From Cyanobacteria bacterium J06626_4 (GTDB lineage: Bacteria; Cyanobacteriota; Cyanobacteriia; Phormidesmidales; Phormidesmidaceae), in NCBI GenBank assembly GCA_038523235.1, contig JBCBJQ010000017.1, positions 1 through 64,000 on the forward strand: DNA of 64,000 bases. Reading direction: 5' to 3'. Every line of letters begins with the position of its first letter. Position 1 is the stretch's first letter. The position numbers and the translations under genes are program-made. Positions 33,161 through 43,578 of this stretch are shown piece by piece. A model generated the notes under the pieces. The model had not been told where the DNA came from. It made no database searches and was given only the letters and a program-made list of their open reading frames with translations.

Positions 33161-34282
33161 GTGGTAAAGCTGCAGACCCTGGTGGTCAAAATTGGCACAT
33201 CGAGTTTAACCAAATCGAACGGCAACCTGGCGATTTCGGTGATTGCCAGCCTGGTTGAAACGCTCTCTTTGCTAAGGGCTGAAGGCCATCAGGTGATTCT
33301 CGTCTCTTCGGGGGCGGTGGGGGTGGGCTGCGCGCGCCTCAATCTGTCCGAACGGCCCAAAAATATGGCGATGAAGCAAGCGGTGGCGGCGGTGGGGCAA
33401 GGAAGACTGATGCGAGTCTATGACGACTTTTTTTCTTCCTTGAATCAGTCGATCGCGCAGGTGCTGCTGACGCGCACTGATTTGGTGCAGCGATCGCGCT
33501 ACGTCAATAGCTATCGCACATTTCGTCAGCTGCTGCAGCTGGGCGTGATTCCCATCGTGAACGAAAACGACACGGTGGCGATCGAAGAGCTCAAATTTGG
33601 CGACAACGATACACTGTCGGCGCAGGTGGCCAGTTTGATTGGGGCCGACTGGCTATTTTTGCTCACCGATGTGGATCGCCTTTACTCTGCTGATCCACGC
33701 CAGCATCCCGACGCGCAGCCCATTCATATTGTGGAGCGGGTCGAGCAGCTCGAAGATTTGCAGGTCAGTATTGGCGATCGTGGCAGTCAATGGGGTACGG
33801 GTGGCATGGTGACCAAAATCGAAGCCGCTCGCATCGCTGCCAACGCGGGTGTTTGCACGGTGATCACCGATGGTCAGCACCCCGAAAAAATCGCTCAGAT
33901 TATGGCGGGGGCCGATTTAGGCACCCAGTTTTCACCCAAGTCAACTGTGGCCAACGCCCGCAAACGATGGATTGCGCAAAGCTTGATACCCGCTGGCAAG
34001 CTGTATTTAGACGCGGGGGCAGTGCGGGCCATTCAACACGGCGGCAAGTCGCTGTTGCCCGCTGGCATCACGGAAATTGAAGGGGAATTTGAGCGGCAGT
34101 CTTCCGTCCAGCTCTGTGATGCTCAAGGACAAGAAATTGCTCGCGGCATCGTCAATTACAGTCATACTGAGCTGGCGCAAATTGTCGGCCACCGTTCTGA
34201 AGAAATTCCCCAGATTTTGGGCTACGCCGGGGCGGATACGGCAGTGCATCGCGATAATTTGGTCATTTCAGTGCAGGCATAA
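33161..34282 (+). CDS. proB: Glutamate 5-kinase
   Basis: [43 protein letters not shown]-terminal PUA domain. Confidence 0.96.
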   Translation: MVKLQTLVVKIGTSSLTKSNGNLAISVIASLVETLSLLRAEGHQVILVSSGAVGVGCARLNLSERPKNMAMKQAVAAVGQGRLMRVYDDFFSSLNQSIAQVLLTRTDLVQRSRYVNSYRTFRQLLQLGVIPIVNENDTVAIEELKFGDNDTLSAQVASLIGADWLFLLTDVDRLYSADPRQHPDAQPIHIVERVEQLEDLQVSIGDRGSQWGTGGMVTKIEAARIAANAGVCTVITDGQHPEKIAQIMAGADLGTQFSPKSTVANARKRWIAQSLIPAGKLYLDAGAVRAIQHGGKSLLPAGITEIEGEFERQSSVQLCDAQGQEIARGIVNYSHTELAQIVGHRSEEIPQILGYAGADTAVHRDNLVISVQA

Positions 34283-34583
34283 ACATTTCCGTACAAACAC
34301 GGGAATAGTAATGGTGGCAGACCTGATCGAGCGTTGAGCGATCGCGCCCAGCCGCCGGTTTTTCTGGACTTCAGAGCAGTCTAGCCAACCCCAAAGCAAT
34401 GATAAAGGCAAGATAAATCTCGCAGCGTGGGGTTCCCCTGTGCTCGACGCTTGTTCCATGATGTGACTGGAGCGAGCCCGAGCGTCTGATGGCCAGCGTT
34501 CCCCACTGCGATACAACCGGCACTGGCGGTTCGTCCGATCACTGGCGGCAGAGATTGAGCGTAATGACTTGGAGAATCTAGGA

Positions 34584-35591
34584 ATGTCTACAGAAAAACC
34601 CAAAATTCTGGTTACCGGCGGGGCCGGTTACATTGGCTCCCACGCTGTTTTGGCGCTAGAAGCAGCAGGCTATCCGGTGGTGATCTTGGACAGTCTGGAA
34701 TATGGCCACCCCGAATTGGTGGCAAAGCATCTGAAAGCAGAACTGATCAAGGGCGAGACCAGCGATCGTGCCCTGCTCGACAACCTCTTTAAAGCCCACG
34801 ACATCGGTGCAGTGATGCATTTTGCCGCCTACATCGCGGTGGGTGAGTCGGTGCAAGCACCTGCCGCCTACTATCGCAACAACGTCACCGGTACCTTAAC
34901 GCTGCTGGAAGCCATGCTGGCGGCTGATGTCAAACAGTTCGTGTTTTCGTCTACCTGTGCGATTTACGGCCCGCCCAAGACTGTCCCCATCCCCGAAGAT
35001 CACCCCAAAAATCCGATCAGCCCCTATGCTTCGAGCAAGCTGATGGTTGAGGAAATTGTGAAAGACTTCACCCAGGCTTACGGCTTAAGCGCTGTGGTGT
35101 TTCGCTATTTCAACGCGGCGGGGGCTGACCCTCAAGGCCGCCTCGGCGAAGATCACCAGCCCGAAACTCATCTGATTCCCCTTGTGCTGCAGGCTGCTCT
35201 GGGCCGACGCGAAAATATCGCCATGTTCGGCACCGATTATGATACGCCTGACGGCACCTGTATTCGTGACTATATTCACGTGAGTGATTTGGCTTCGGCT
35301 CATGTGCTCGGGGTGGAATATCTGGCAAAGGGCGGCGACACCACCTTCATCAACTTAGGCAACGGCAACGGCTTTTCAGTGCGTGAGGTGATTGAAACAG
35401 CCCGTCAAGTCACGGGTGAGACGATTGTGGCGGTGGAACGCGATCGCCGCCCCGGTGATCCGCCCCGGTTGATCGGCAGCAGTAAGCAAGCCCGTAGCAT
35501 CCTCGGCTGGCAGCCCCAATATGCTGATTTAGAATCCATCATTGCCCATGCCTGGCAATGGCATTTACATCGTCATGGCCGAGCGGCATGA
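34584..35591 (+). CDS. galE: UDP-glucose 4-epimerase
   Basis: TGGAGYIGSH, FSSTCAIYG, YASSK, RYFNAAGA, DGTCIRDYIHV. Confidence 0.95.
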   Translation: MSTEKPKILVTGGAGYIGSHAVLALEAAGYPVVILDSLEYGHPELVAKHLKAELIKGETSDRALLDNLFKAHDIGAVMHFAAYIAVGESVQAPAAYYRNNVTGTLTLLEAMLAADVKQFVFSSTCAIYGPPKTVPIPEDHPKNPISPYASSKLMVEEIVKDFTQAYGLSAVVFRYFNAAGADPQGRLGEDHQPETHLIPLVLQAALGRRENIAMFGTDYDTPDGTCIRDYIHVSDLASAHVLGVEYLAKGGDTTFINLGNGNGFSVREVIETARQVTGETIVAVERDRRPGDPPRLIGSSKQARSILGWQPQYADLESIIAHAWQWHLHRHGRAA

Positions 35592-35803
35592 GTAAAGCCC
35601 TACCACATGGTCTAGGGCGGTGATTGCATTGTCATCAAAGCAAATCTGCAGCCCGAGATGCTTGGCATAGCAAGCCGCAGCTTGATGAGGCTACTCCAGA
35701 TGGCTGAAATTAATAGCTGACATGCTTTTTAATTCTGCATGCCGAGTTCTGCTGGGGCAGAGTCGCCGTTGCAGAATTCTCTTTACCCACACAACAGGAT
35801 TTA

Positions 35804-35943
35804 GACCAATTCTCTGAAATTGGTCTACAGATCTTCCTTTCGACTCCGCTCAAAGAACGTCGGCTGAGCGGAGTCGTTCGCATCGCGTCTCCCTTAGGGA
35901 GAAAGCCGACTTGTCTGTGTAGCTGTAATTTGTAGAACTGGTG
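35804..35943. mobile_element. MITE/REP-like non-coding element with nested small palindromic insertion
   Basis: Ends GACCAATTCT / AGAACTGGTG (8/10 inverted), each flanked by TTA; internal TTCGACTCCGCTCA...TGAGCGGAGTCG stem, then TTCGCATCGCGTCTCCCTTAGGGAGA, then AAGCC. Confidence 0.55.
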
Positions 35944-36153
35944 TTAGACCGGTCCCTGTATTTCTCAGACAGACCCATTGCCTAAAGCATGGCAATACCG
36001 GCTTGCCGTGGAATATTGGCCGCGTGGCGATCGCGGCTGGGCAGTTATCGCGAGCAGCGCCGCACGCGCCACCATCTACGAACATAGGGAGACATGCTAA
36101 AATTAACCCATAATCGTTATGACTTTGATTTGGCCTTCAACCCTGGAGTTCTT

Positions 36154-36693
36154 ATGGTGAAATTAGTCAGTATTGCTGGTAGCTTACGAGCGGGCTCCTA
36201 CAGTCATCAAGCGTTGGCGATCGCCACCCGAACCGCGCAAGACTTGGGTGCTGAGGTGACGACCCTCGACCTCCGCCAGCTTACGCTCCCCTTTTGCGAC
36301 GGCAACGATCACTATGCCGACTATCCTGATGTTGTCTGCCTGCGAGAAACCGTGAAAGCAGCAGACGGCTTGATCCTCGCCACGCCGGAATACCATGGCA
36401 GCGTCAGTGGTGTGCTCAAAAATGCTTTGGATTTAATGAGTTTTGACGAACTCTCAGGCAAGGTGGTGGGCGCCATCAGTGTGTTAGGCGGTCAGGCGAA
36501 TAACAATGCCCTAAATGACCTACGCACGATTGCTCGCTGGGTACATGCCTGGGTTATTCCTGAACAGGTGGCGATCGGCCAGGCTTGGAAAGCCTTTGAC
36601 GATAACGGTCAATTGGTCGATGACAAACTCGCCGAGCGATTGGATAAGTTTGTCCATAGCCTGGTGACCCACACCGCCAAACTTCGTCAATAG
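36154..36693 (+). CDS. NADPH-dependent FMN reductase
   Basis: IAGSLRAGSYS, ATPEYHGSVSGVLKNALD. Confidence 0.9.
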   Translation: MVKLVSIAGSLRAGSYSHQALAIATRTAQDLGAEVTTLDLRQLTLPFCDGNDHYADYPDVVCLRETVKAADGLILATPEYHGSVSGVLKNALDLMSFDELSGKVVGAISVLGGQANNNALNDLRTIARWVHAWVIPEQVAIGQAWKAFDDNGQLVDDKLAERLDKFVHSLVTHTAKLRQ

Positions 36694-36916
36694 CTGCGCC
36701 CACCATCGCTGCTCTTGATCCAGGGGGGCTCCGATCCCAGGCAATTACTAGTGACTCAGCGGATTCTAGATTCGTTGAGTCATGATGTCAGCGTCATCAG
36801 AGTGTCTTTCCCAAATCCACAAAAATCTAGCTCAGGTCGAGACTTCGCTCCACAACCCTTCCAATCCGTCGTACACTTGCCAAAGTATTAGGGGAAGAGT
36901 CGAAATTTCATACCGA

Positions 36917-37660
36917 ATGATCGATCTGAAGCAAGTCAACCGGCAGCTAGAGACTTACCTCACGACCAAAGACGCTAAATCCATTGTGGCTTGGGCTGAT
37001 CAGACTTTCAGCACGGGAGCCATTATGAGTACCAGCTTTGGCATTCAGTCTGCTGTGATGCTGCATTTGGTCACCCGCGTGAACCCTGACATCCCCGTGA
37101 TTTGGGTCGATACTGGCTACCTCCCAGCCGAAACCTATCTCTTTGCGGAAGAGCTCACCCAACGACTTGACCTCAACCTCAAAGTTTATCAGTCGTCGAT
37201 TAGCCCCGCTCGCATGGAAGCTTTGCACGGCAAGCTCTGGGCACAACAAGATGTCGAAGCCCTCAACCACTACGACTCTATCCGCAAGGTTGAGCCGATG
37301 CAGCGAGCCCTGCGAGAACTCAATGCTACGGCTTGGTTTGCCGGGTTGCGAGCCACTCAAACTGCCCATCGTCAAACCTTGGATGTCGTGACTCAGCAGC
37401 AGGGCATCTACAAAATTTTGCCCATTCTCAATTGGCATGCGAAGGATGTCTATACCTATTTGCAGGCCTACGATCTGCCCTATCATCCCTTATTTGAGAA
37501 GGGCTACGTAACGGTTGGTGACTGGCATTCGAGTCGCCCCCTCACTGTCGACGATGCGAGCGATCGCGACACTCGATTTCACGGCCTCAAACAAGAATGT
37601 GGCCTGCATTTGCCCCAAACACCTGGTGAAGCGGAAAGCTTAGACTCCAGCTTGCTATAG
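36917..37660 (+). CDS. cysH: Phosphoadenylyl-sulfate (PAPS) reductase
   Basis: [35 protein letters not shown]; no Fe-S CC...CxxC motif, so PAPS type. Confidence 0.93.
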   Translation: MIDLKQVNRQLETYLTTKDAKSIVAWADQTFSTGAIMSTSFGIQSAVMLHLVTRVNPDIPVIWVDTGYLPAETYLFAEELTQRLDLNLKVYQSSISPARMEALHGKLWAQQDVEALNHYDSIRKVEPMQRALRELNATAWFAGLRATQTAHRQTLDVVTQQQGIYKILPILNWHAKDVYTYLQAYDLPYHPLFEKGYVTVGDWHSSRPLTVDDASDRDTRFHGLKQECGLHLPQTPGEAESLDSSLL

Positions 37661-38084
37661 TCCAAATCACCGGCGACAAAACGAGTCAATCTTTCGTCTA
37701 TGCAGTCAAAGCAATGCTGGCGATCGGCCAGAACATACTAGCCCGCACGCTGGTGTGACGCTCTGGCTAATTGCTTAGCTCCTACGCTTGCACTCTACCG
37801 CGTGACCACTGCCAGGCGTTTTAAACAGGCGGTTAAATTCGGTCAGCACTTGCTGACGCCAGTCAGTTTGAGTCGTTTGGCTGCAAAGCTAGCTTGACAA
37901 CTTGACTGGGTACTCTAAAGCCACCTGTGATGTCTGGGGAGCACACCCCAACTACTGACTGCCGATGCTTAGCGACTGAGACGGGCAGTATAAACAGACG
38001 CCTTGCTCCAGTCACCGTCGACAGGCATCAAAAATCAGCCTTCGACCCCCTGCACCATATAGATTTACTGGATATTGAACCAAC

Positions 38085-39158
38085 ATGACACAACCCAAAC
38101 GAGCCCTAATCACCGGCATCACCGGTCAAGATGGTTCCTACCTGGCAGAACTTTTATTGGAAAAGGGCTATCAGGTTCACGGGATTATTCGTCGGACTTC
38201 GACCTTTAATACCGATCGCCTCGATCATGTTTACGTTGACCCGCATAACGAAGATGCCCGCCTGTTCTTGCACTATGGTGACCTCAACGATGGCACCATG
38301 CTGCGCCGCATCTTAGAGCAAGTCGAGCCGGCTGAAGTTTATAACTTGGGCGCTCAATCGCACGTGCGCGTGAGCTTTGACTCGCCCGAATACACGGTAG
38401 ACACGGTGGCCATGGGCGCGCTGCGCCTGCTCGAAGCCATCCGCGACTATCAGCAACGCACTGGCAATGAAGTGCGCTATTACCAAGCGGGCTCTTCAGA
38501 AATGTACGGCAAGGTGCAAGAGATTCCGCAGAGCGAGACGACGCCCTTTTATCCCCGCAGTCCCTACGCCTGTGCCAAGCTCTACGCTCATTGGCAAACC
38601 ATCAACTATCGTGAGTCCTACGATCTGTTTGCTTGCAACGGTATCTTGTTTAACCACGAGTCGCCGCGCCGCGGTGAGACCTTCGTGACTCGCAAAATCA
38701 CTCGTGCCGTCGCTCGCATTGCCGCTAAAAAGCAAGACAAGCTCTACCTCGGCAACCTGGATGCCAAGCGTGATTGGGGTTACGCCAAAGACTATGTGCG
38801 CGCCATGTGGCTAATGCTGCAGCAAGACACCGCAGACGACTATGTGGTTGCGACAGGCGAAACGCACTCGGTCGAAGAGTTCTTGAAAATTGCCTTTGGC
38901 CGGGTCGACCTGAATTGGCAGGATTATGTGGCCTTTGACCCTCGCTATCTGCGTCCTACCGAAGTCGATATTTTGATTGGTGATCCCACAAAAACGCAGG
39001 CCAAACTCGGTTGGGAACCCAGTGTCACCTTTCAAGAGCTCGTAGAGCTGATGGTCGACTCTGACTTGGAAGCCGTGGGCATTGTTGACAGTGACAAGGC
39101 TCAACATCCAGAGTTGGCCACCGTGCGACGTACTCAGCTCAGCTCGACCGCATCTTAG
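38085..39158 (+). CDS. gmd: GDP-mannose 4,6-dehydratase
   Basis: [48 protein letters not shown]. Confidence 0.96.
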   Translation: MTQPKRALITGITGQDGSYLAELLLEKGYQVHGIIRRTSTFNTDRLDHVYVDPHNEDARLFLHYGDLNDGTMLRRILEQVEPAEVYNLGAQSHVRVSFDSPEYTVDTVAMGALRLLEAIRDYQQRTGNEVRYYQAGSSEMYGKVQEIPQSETTPFYPRSPYACAKLYAHWQTINYRESYDLFACNGILFNHESPRRGETFVTRKITRAVARIAAKKQDKLYLGNLDAKRDWGYAKDYVRAMWLMLQQDTADDYVVATGETHSVEEFLKIAFGRVDLNWQDYVAFDPRYLRPTEVDILIGDPTKTQAKLGWEPSVTFQELVELMVDSDLEAVGIVDSDKAQHPELATVRRTQLSSTAS

Positions 39159-39207
39159 GTAATCGGTTCTTCGATTTCAGTCTCACAACGTTAGCCAAAC
39201 ATAATCG

Positions 39208-39248
39208 CAGCCTCCTGGAGAAAGTGATCTTTCTTAGGAGGCTGTTTC
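39208..39248 (+). terminator. Intrinsic terminator after gmd
   Basis: CAGCCTCCTGGAGAAAG-TGAT-CTTTCTTAGGAGGCTG followed by TTT. Confidence 0.65.
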
Positions 39249-39321
39249 ATTTAATATGGAGACGAGAGCTTTCCCGCAAATACTGTTAGAACTATTCGGA
39301 CCCAATAGGCGTAACTGAGTT

Positions 39322-39789
39322 ATGGCTGACGAAAAAACGACTCAATCGGCAAGCACCGCAGATAGCGCAAAGGCTAAAGCCGCTCCCAAGGCGAAGAAAG
39401 AAAAGCCGCCTAAATTAGAAGACAAGCCCTTCAACGAGTTTATGGAGCAGCACTTTGTGCCTGGGCTCGACAACGCACTCAAAGATGGCGGCTGGGACGG
39501 CGTTGAGCTGATGTTTGACAAAAGTCCACTGGCGGTCAAAGGGGCTGAGAGTGATGACGTATATTGGCAAGTCCAAGGGCACAAGCCTGGATTGACCGAT
39601 CGCCAGTTCAATATCGTCTTCACGAAAGAAGATATCAAAGGCCCCAAATTTTTCTACTACGGGCAGGGCAAAGGCCCATCAAGCGGGGTCGAGCAGTTTA
39701 TGGGCGACGAACGCCGTATCACCCTCGACTTGATGGTGCTTTATACTTTGCAGCGACTCAACGGCCAAAAGTGGCTGACGCGCAACTGA
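39322..39789 (+). CDS. ndhV: DUF2996 protein / NDH-1 subunit NdhV
   Basis: KPPKLEDKPFNEFM, EQFMGDERRITLDL, LQRLNGQKWL. Confidence 0.75.
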   Translation: MADEKTTQSASTADSAKAKAAPKAKKEKPPKLEDKPFNEFMEQHFVPGLDNALKDGGWDGVELMFDKSPLAVKGAESDDVYWQVQGHKPGLTDRQFNIVFTKEDIKGPKFFYYGQGKGPSSGVEQFMGDERRITLDLMVLYTLQRLNGQKWLTRN

Positions 39790-39942
39790 TTGAGTGGTTA
39801 GTGCGAGTGGCTAGGGCTGGATTGAGCGGAGCGACTGCAGCGGCAAATGCAGTCGAGTATGATGTCGAGTTGCTCGGCCGCGATGCCCTAGGATGAAAAA
39901 GGTGTTTTTGCAGCAGCGGTTGCCAGCTGTTCAGTATTGTCT

Positions 39943-41700
39943 ATGTTGTCTGCGATCGCGACGCTCACCGCTCGGCTAGAGCAAGCCTTGGTCAACGCCT
40001 TTGGCTCCGAACTCCAGGGCACCGATCCGGTTTTGGTCCCGGCGAGCAATCCCAAATTTGGCGATTATCAGGCCAATGTCGCTATGGCGTTGGCGAAGCG
40101 TCTGCAGAAAAAGCCGCGGGCGATCGCCGAGCAGATTGTGGCTAATCTCGATGTGGCTGATATTTGTGAGCCGCCCGAAATTGCTGGGCCGGGGTTTATC
40201 AACCTGCGGCTCACGACGGCTTATCTGGAAGCGCAGCTGCGAGAAATAGCGCCCGATCCGCGTTTGGGCGTCGCTCCAGTCCAACAGCCGCAAAAAGTGA
40301 TTGTTGACTTTTCCAGCCCTAATATTGCTAAAGAGATGCATGTGGGGCATCTGCGATCGACCATCATCGGTGATTCGATCGCTCGTGTGCTGGAATTCAT
40401 CGGTCACGATGTGCTGCGTCTCAACCATGTCGGCGATTGGGGCACTCAGTTTGGTATGTTGATTACCCATTTACGTGCCGTCTGCCCCGAAGCCTTGACC
40501 AGTTCGGAAGCCGTGGATATCGGCGACTTGGTCATGTTCTACAAACAGGCTAAACAGCGCTTCGATGCTGATGAGGAGTTTAAAGCGCGATCGCGGCAGG
40601 CAGTGGTCGAGCTGCAGTCTGGCGATCCGGCTGCTCAAGCCGCCTGGCAGCTACTCTGCGATCAGTCGCGCCAAGCCTTTCAGAAAATCTATGATCGCCT
40701 CGATATCCGCATCATTGAACGTGGTGAATCTTTCTACAATCCATTCTTGTCTGACGTGGTTGTCGCCCTGAGAGATCAAGGTTTGCTGGTCGCAGATCAA
40801 GGGGCTCAGGTCGTTTTTCTGGACGGGTTTACCAATAAAGCTGGAGAGCCACAGCCGCTGATCATTCAAAAGTCGAACGGCGGGTTTAACTATGCCACCA
40901 CCGACTTGGCCGCCATTCGCCAGCGCACCCAACAAGAGCAGGCCCAGCGGATTCTCTATGTGGTTGATGTGGGGCAAGCGAGTCACTTTACTCAGGTCTT
41001 TCAGGTGGCGGCGAAAGCCGGGTGGATTCCTGATGATGTGGAACTGGCGCACGTGCCTTTTGGCCTGGTACAGGGAGAAGACGGCAAGAAGTTCAAAACC
41101 CGCTCGGGTGAGACAGTGCGTCTCCAGGATTTGCTGGATGAAGCGATCAGTCGGGCTCGAGCGGATCTGGAAACGCGGATCGCGGCTGAGGGGCGGAACG
41201 AAACGGCGGACTTTATTCAAGCCGTGGCCGAAACCGTCGGCATCGGTGCGGTTAAATACGCGGATCTGAGCCAAAACCGCACCAGTAATTACATCTTTAG
41301 CTATGACAAGATGCTGGCCCTGCAGGGCAACACGGCACCGTACCTGCTGTATGCTTACGTGCGCGTTCAAGGCATCAGTCGCAAGGGGCAGATTGACCTC
41401 CAAGCCCTAGATGCCGAGGCCACTGTACATCTCGAAGATGAGAGTGAGTTTGCTCTGGCAAAACACATCCTGCAACTGGATGAAGCAATCGCTGAGGTGG
41501 CGCAAGATCTATATCCCAATCGGTTGTGTCAATATCTGTTTGAGCTGAGTCAAAAGTTCAATCAGTTTTACGATCGCTGCTCGGTTTTGCAGGCTGACGA
41601 ACCACAGCGCACTTCGCGGCTCATGCTGTGTGACCTCACTGCACGTACCCTACAGCTTGGGCTATCGCTATTAGGCATTCAGGTAATCGAACGGATGTAG
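39943..41700 (+). CDS. argS: Arginine--tRNA ligase
   Basis: [53 protein letters not shown]. Confidence 0.97.
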   Translation: MLSAIATLTARLEQALVNAFGSELQGTDPVLVPASNPKFGDYQANVAMALAKRLQKKPRAIAEQIVANLDVADICEPPEIAGPGFINLRLTTAYLEAQLREIAPDPRLGVAPVQQPQKVIVDFSSPNIAKEMHVGHLRSTIIGDSIARVLEFIGHDVLRLNHVGDWGTQFGMLITHLRAVCPEALTSSEAVDIGDLVMFYKQAKQRFDADEEFKARSRQAVVELQSGDPAAQAAWQLLCDQSRQAFQKIYDRLDIRIIERGESFYNPFLSDVVVALRDQGLLVADQGAQVVFLDGFTNKAGEPQPLIIQKSNGGFNYATTDLAAIRQRTQQEQAQRILYVVDVGQASHFTQVFQVAAKAGWIPDDVELAHVPFGLVQGEDGKKFKTRSGETVRLQDLLDEAISRARADLETRIAAEGRNETADFIQAVAETVGIGAVKYADLSQNRTSNYIFSYDKMLALQGNTAPYLLYAYVRVQGISRKGQIDLQALDAEATVHLEDESEFALAKHILQLDEAIAEVAQDLYPNRLCQYLFELSQKFNQFYDRCSVLQADEPQRTSRLMLCDLTARTLQLGLSLLGIQVIERM

Positions 41701-41805
41701 GCTCGTTTGATTGCATACGCCATGTTTCCGTGCATCTGCTGATTTCCAGAGCACTGTCCGGATCGTCAATCAGTGTTTTCGAAAGCGTAGAAGTCACTGC
41801 TATAC

Positions 41806-42432
41806 ATGAATGCTATGGAAATACCGAAGTCAGACTCTAAACTGTCGTCTTCGACAGAGTATGCGCTCATTTTTGGGGCGGGTGCCAGTGCAGCGATGTC
41901 TTTAGCCGCCCAGCAGGTGACCGCCGCCTCGGTACCGTTAACCGCCTTGGTCGCCATTGGCCTGATCAATCGCCGCCGCCTCGATCAGAAAATTAAAGCG
42001 AGTGAACCGACGGGCCCGGTCTCAGCCGAACAATCAGTACGTCACCAAGAGCTGCCCCAGTCGGCTCCCGCAGCGCGTCCCGCGCCGGAGATGATCTCAG
42101 CCCAGCCCAGCTTGATGAACAGTGTGTCGCCGATCCGGTTTTCGACGAAGCAGCAGCGTCTGATGGCTGACCGGCAGGCGCACAAGGATGCTCAACAAAA
42201 CTGCTTGGCGCAAATTGGCCACGATCTGAAACAAGAGCGCGAAGGGCAGGGCCTCTCTCTACAGGATATTCACTGTCAAACCTATATTCAGCGTTATGCC
42301 CTCGAAGCGATCGAGCAAGGCGATTTAGACGCGCTGCCAGAGCCTTTTTATATTCGTGCTTTTATCCGCAAATATGCGATCGCTCTGAGACTGAATGCTG
42401 CTGATACGGTCGCGCGTTTTCCTATCGGTTAG
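41806..42432 (+). CDS. Membrane-anchored protein with C-terminal RodZ-type HTH
   Basis: IGHDLKQEREGQGLSL...ALEAIEQG...LPEPFYIRAFIRKYA. Confidence 0.8.
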   Translation: MNAMEIPKSDSKLSSSTEYALIFGAGASAAMSLAAQQVTAASVPLTALVAIGLINRRRLDQKIKASEPTGPVSAEQSVRHQELPQSAPAARPAPEMISAQPSLMNSVSPIRFSTKQQRLMADRQAHKDAQQNCLAQIGHDLKQEREGQGLSLQDIHCQTYIQRYALEAIEQGDLDALPEPFYIRAFIRKYAIALRLNAADTVARFPIG

Positions 42433-43384
42433 CAACGGTCAACTCGGGTAGCGGCAATCGCGATCGCAAAATGCGGCGGTTAGAGGTCGGTTCTGTCTCT
42501 GCTTCAATCGTGAGGACGGCTGGCTGTTCTCGCACCCGCTCTTCGAGGGGACGCACCTGTTCGACCAGCTGAATGAGCTGTTCAAACCGAGGCGGGGGCG
42601 CATTGGCAATGTAACCGGCATCGGAAGCAATACTCGCTGGGGCTGCCTTCATCGCGGCTTCCACCAAGCGCTGTTGATTGCGATCAACGGTAGGGCTGAG
42701 CAACACTGCGCCCGTGGTAATCGCCCGACTTTCATGCAGCACCCGAAAGGTCGCCCGGCCAAAATCACTCCGAAATCGCTGAAAATCTTCTTCTGAAAGC
42801 GCCCCCGCTACGACATCACCGTTTGCCACCCAGGTCAGCACAGTTTTGGGGGTGGGAGCAAAGCGAATTTCGGCCAAGGTCAGACCATACAGGTCATACA
42901 GCGGTAGATAATAGCCGGTAGCTGAACCCGGTTCACCCAGACCAATGACCGTGTTGGCCAAATCAGGCAGTGCCTCGGCGGGGCTATCGGCCGCCACGAT
43001 CATGACCGATCGCTGATTGGGACTGCCCTGCAGGGGAAACAACGGCACATATTGCGCCTCGCTCAGGGCGATCGCGGCTAACCCCGCTGGAGCGAAGGCT
43101 AAATCCCAGGCCTGCGACTCGAGTTGCTCAACGGCTCGAATTTCATTAAAAACCGGTTCTAACTCAATTTGAGCAGACAGGGCCTCGGCAAGATACTGCT
43201 GAAAGGGTGCATAGGTTTCAACGGAGGCGGTACCGGTGTCATAGCTGACCAACCCCACTGTCAGACGCGTGGGGGCACCCGAGTTGGCCGTCTGCTGATT
43301 GCAGCTGCCCAAACTCAGCGCCAGTACGAGGCTGAAACCCACCGTTAAAAAGAAGCCCAACCGGCGCAGCTGCTGCATGGCCAA
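42422..43384 (-). CDS. PhnD-like (phosphate/phosphonate family) substrate-binding lipoprotein
   Basis: Lipobox LSLGSC, GEPGSATGYYLPLY, class II PBP layout. Confidence 0.8.
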   Translation of the reverse strand: MAMQQLRRLGFFLTVGFSLVLALSLGSCNQQTANSGAPTRLTVGLVSYDTGTASVETYAPFQQYLAEALSAQIELEPVFNEIRAVEQLESQAWDLAFAPAGLAAIALSEAQYVPLFPLQGSPNQRSVMIVAADSPAEALPDLANTVIGLGEPGSATGYYLPLYDLYGLTLAEIRFAPTPKTVLTWVANGDVVAGALSEEDFQRFRSDFGRATFRVLHESRAITTGAVLLSPTVDRNQQRLVEAAMKAAPASIASDAGYIANAPPPRFEQLIQLVEQVRPLEERVREQPAVLTIEAETEPTSNRRILRSRLPLPELTVANR

Positions 43385-43578
43385 ATGTCCACCTTGTCAC
43401 TAATCGTCTCACTGAGACAATCTCTGCTTGGTTGGAGATTACCCCGAGATCGGGACGCCTTCCATAAACTTTTTTTGCTGGCGTTTATTGACGGGGCGGC
43501 GCTGCAGTCCCGTCTCTAGGGCAAAATCGTGATCGGTCAGGATGGGCCACAGGGGAACGTGATTTTTCAGCCGCTGCC

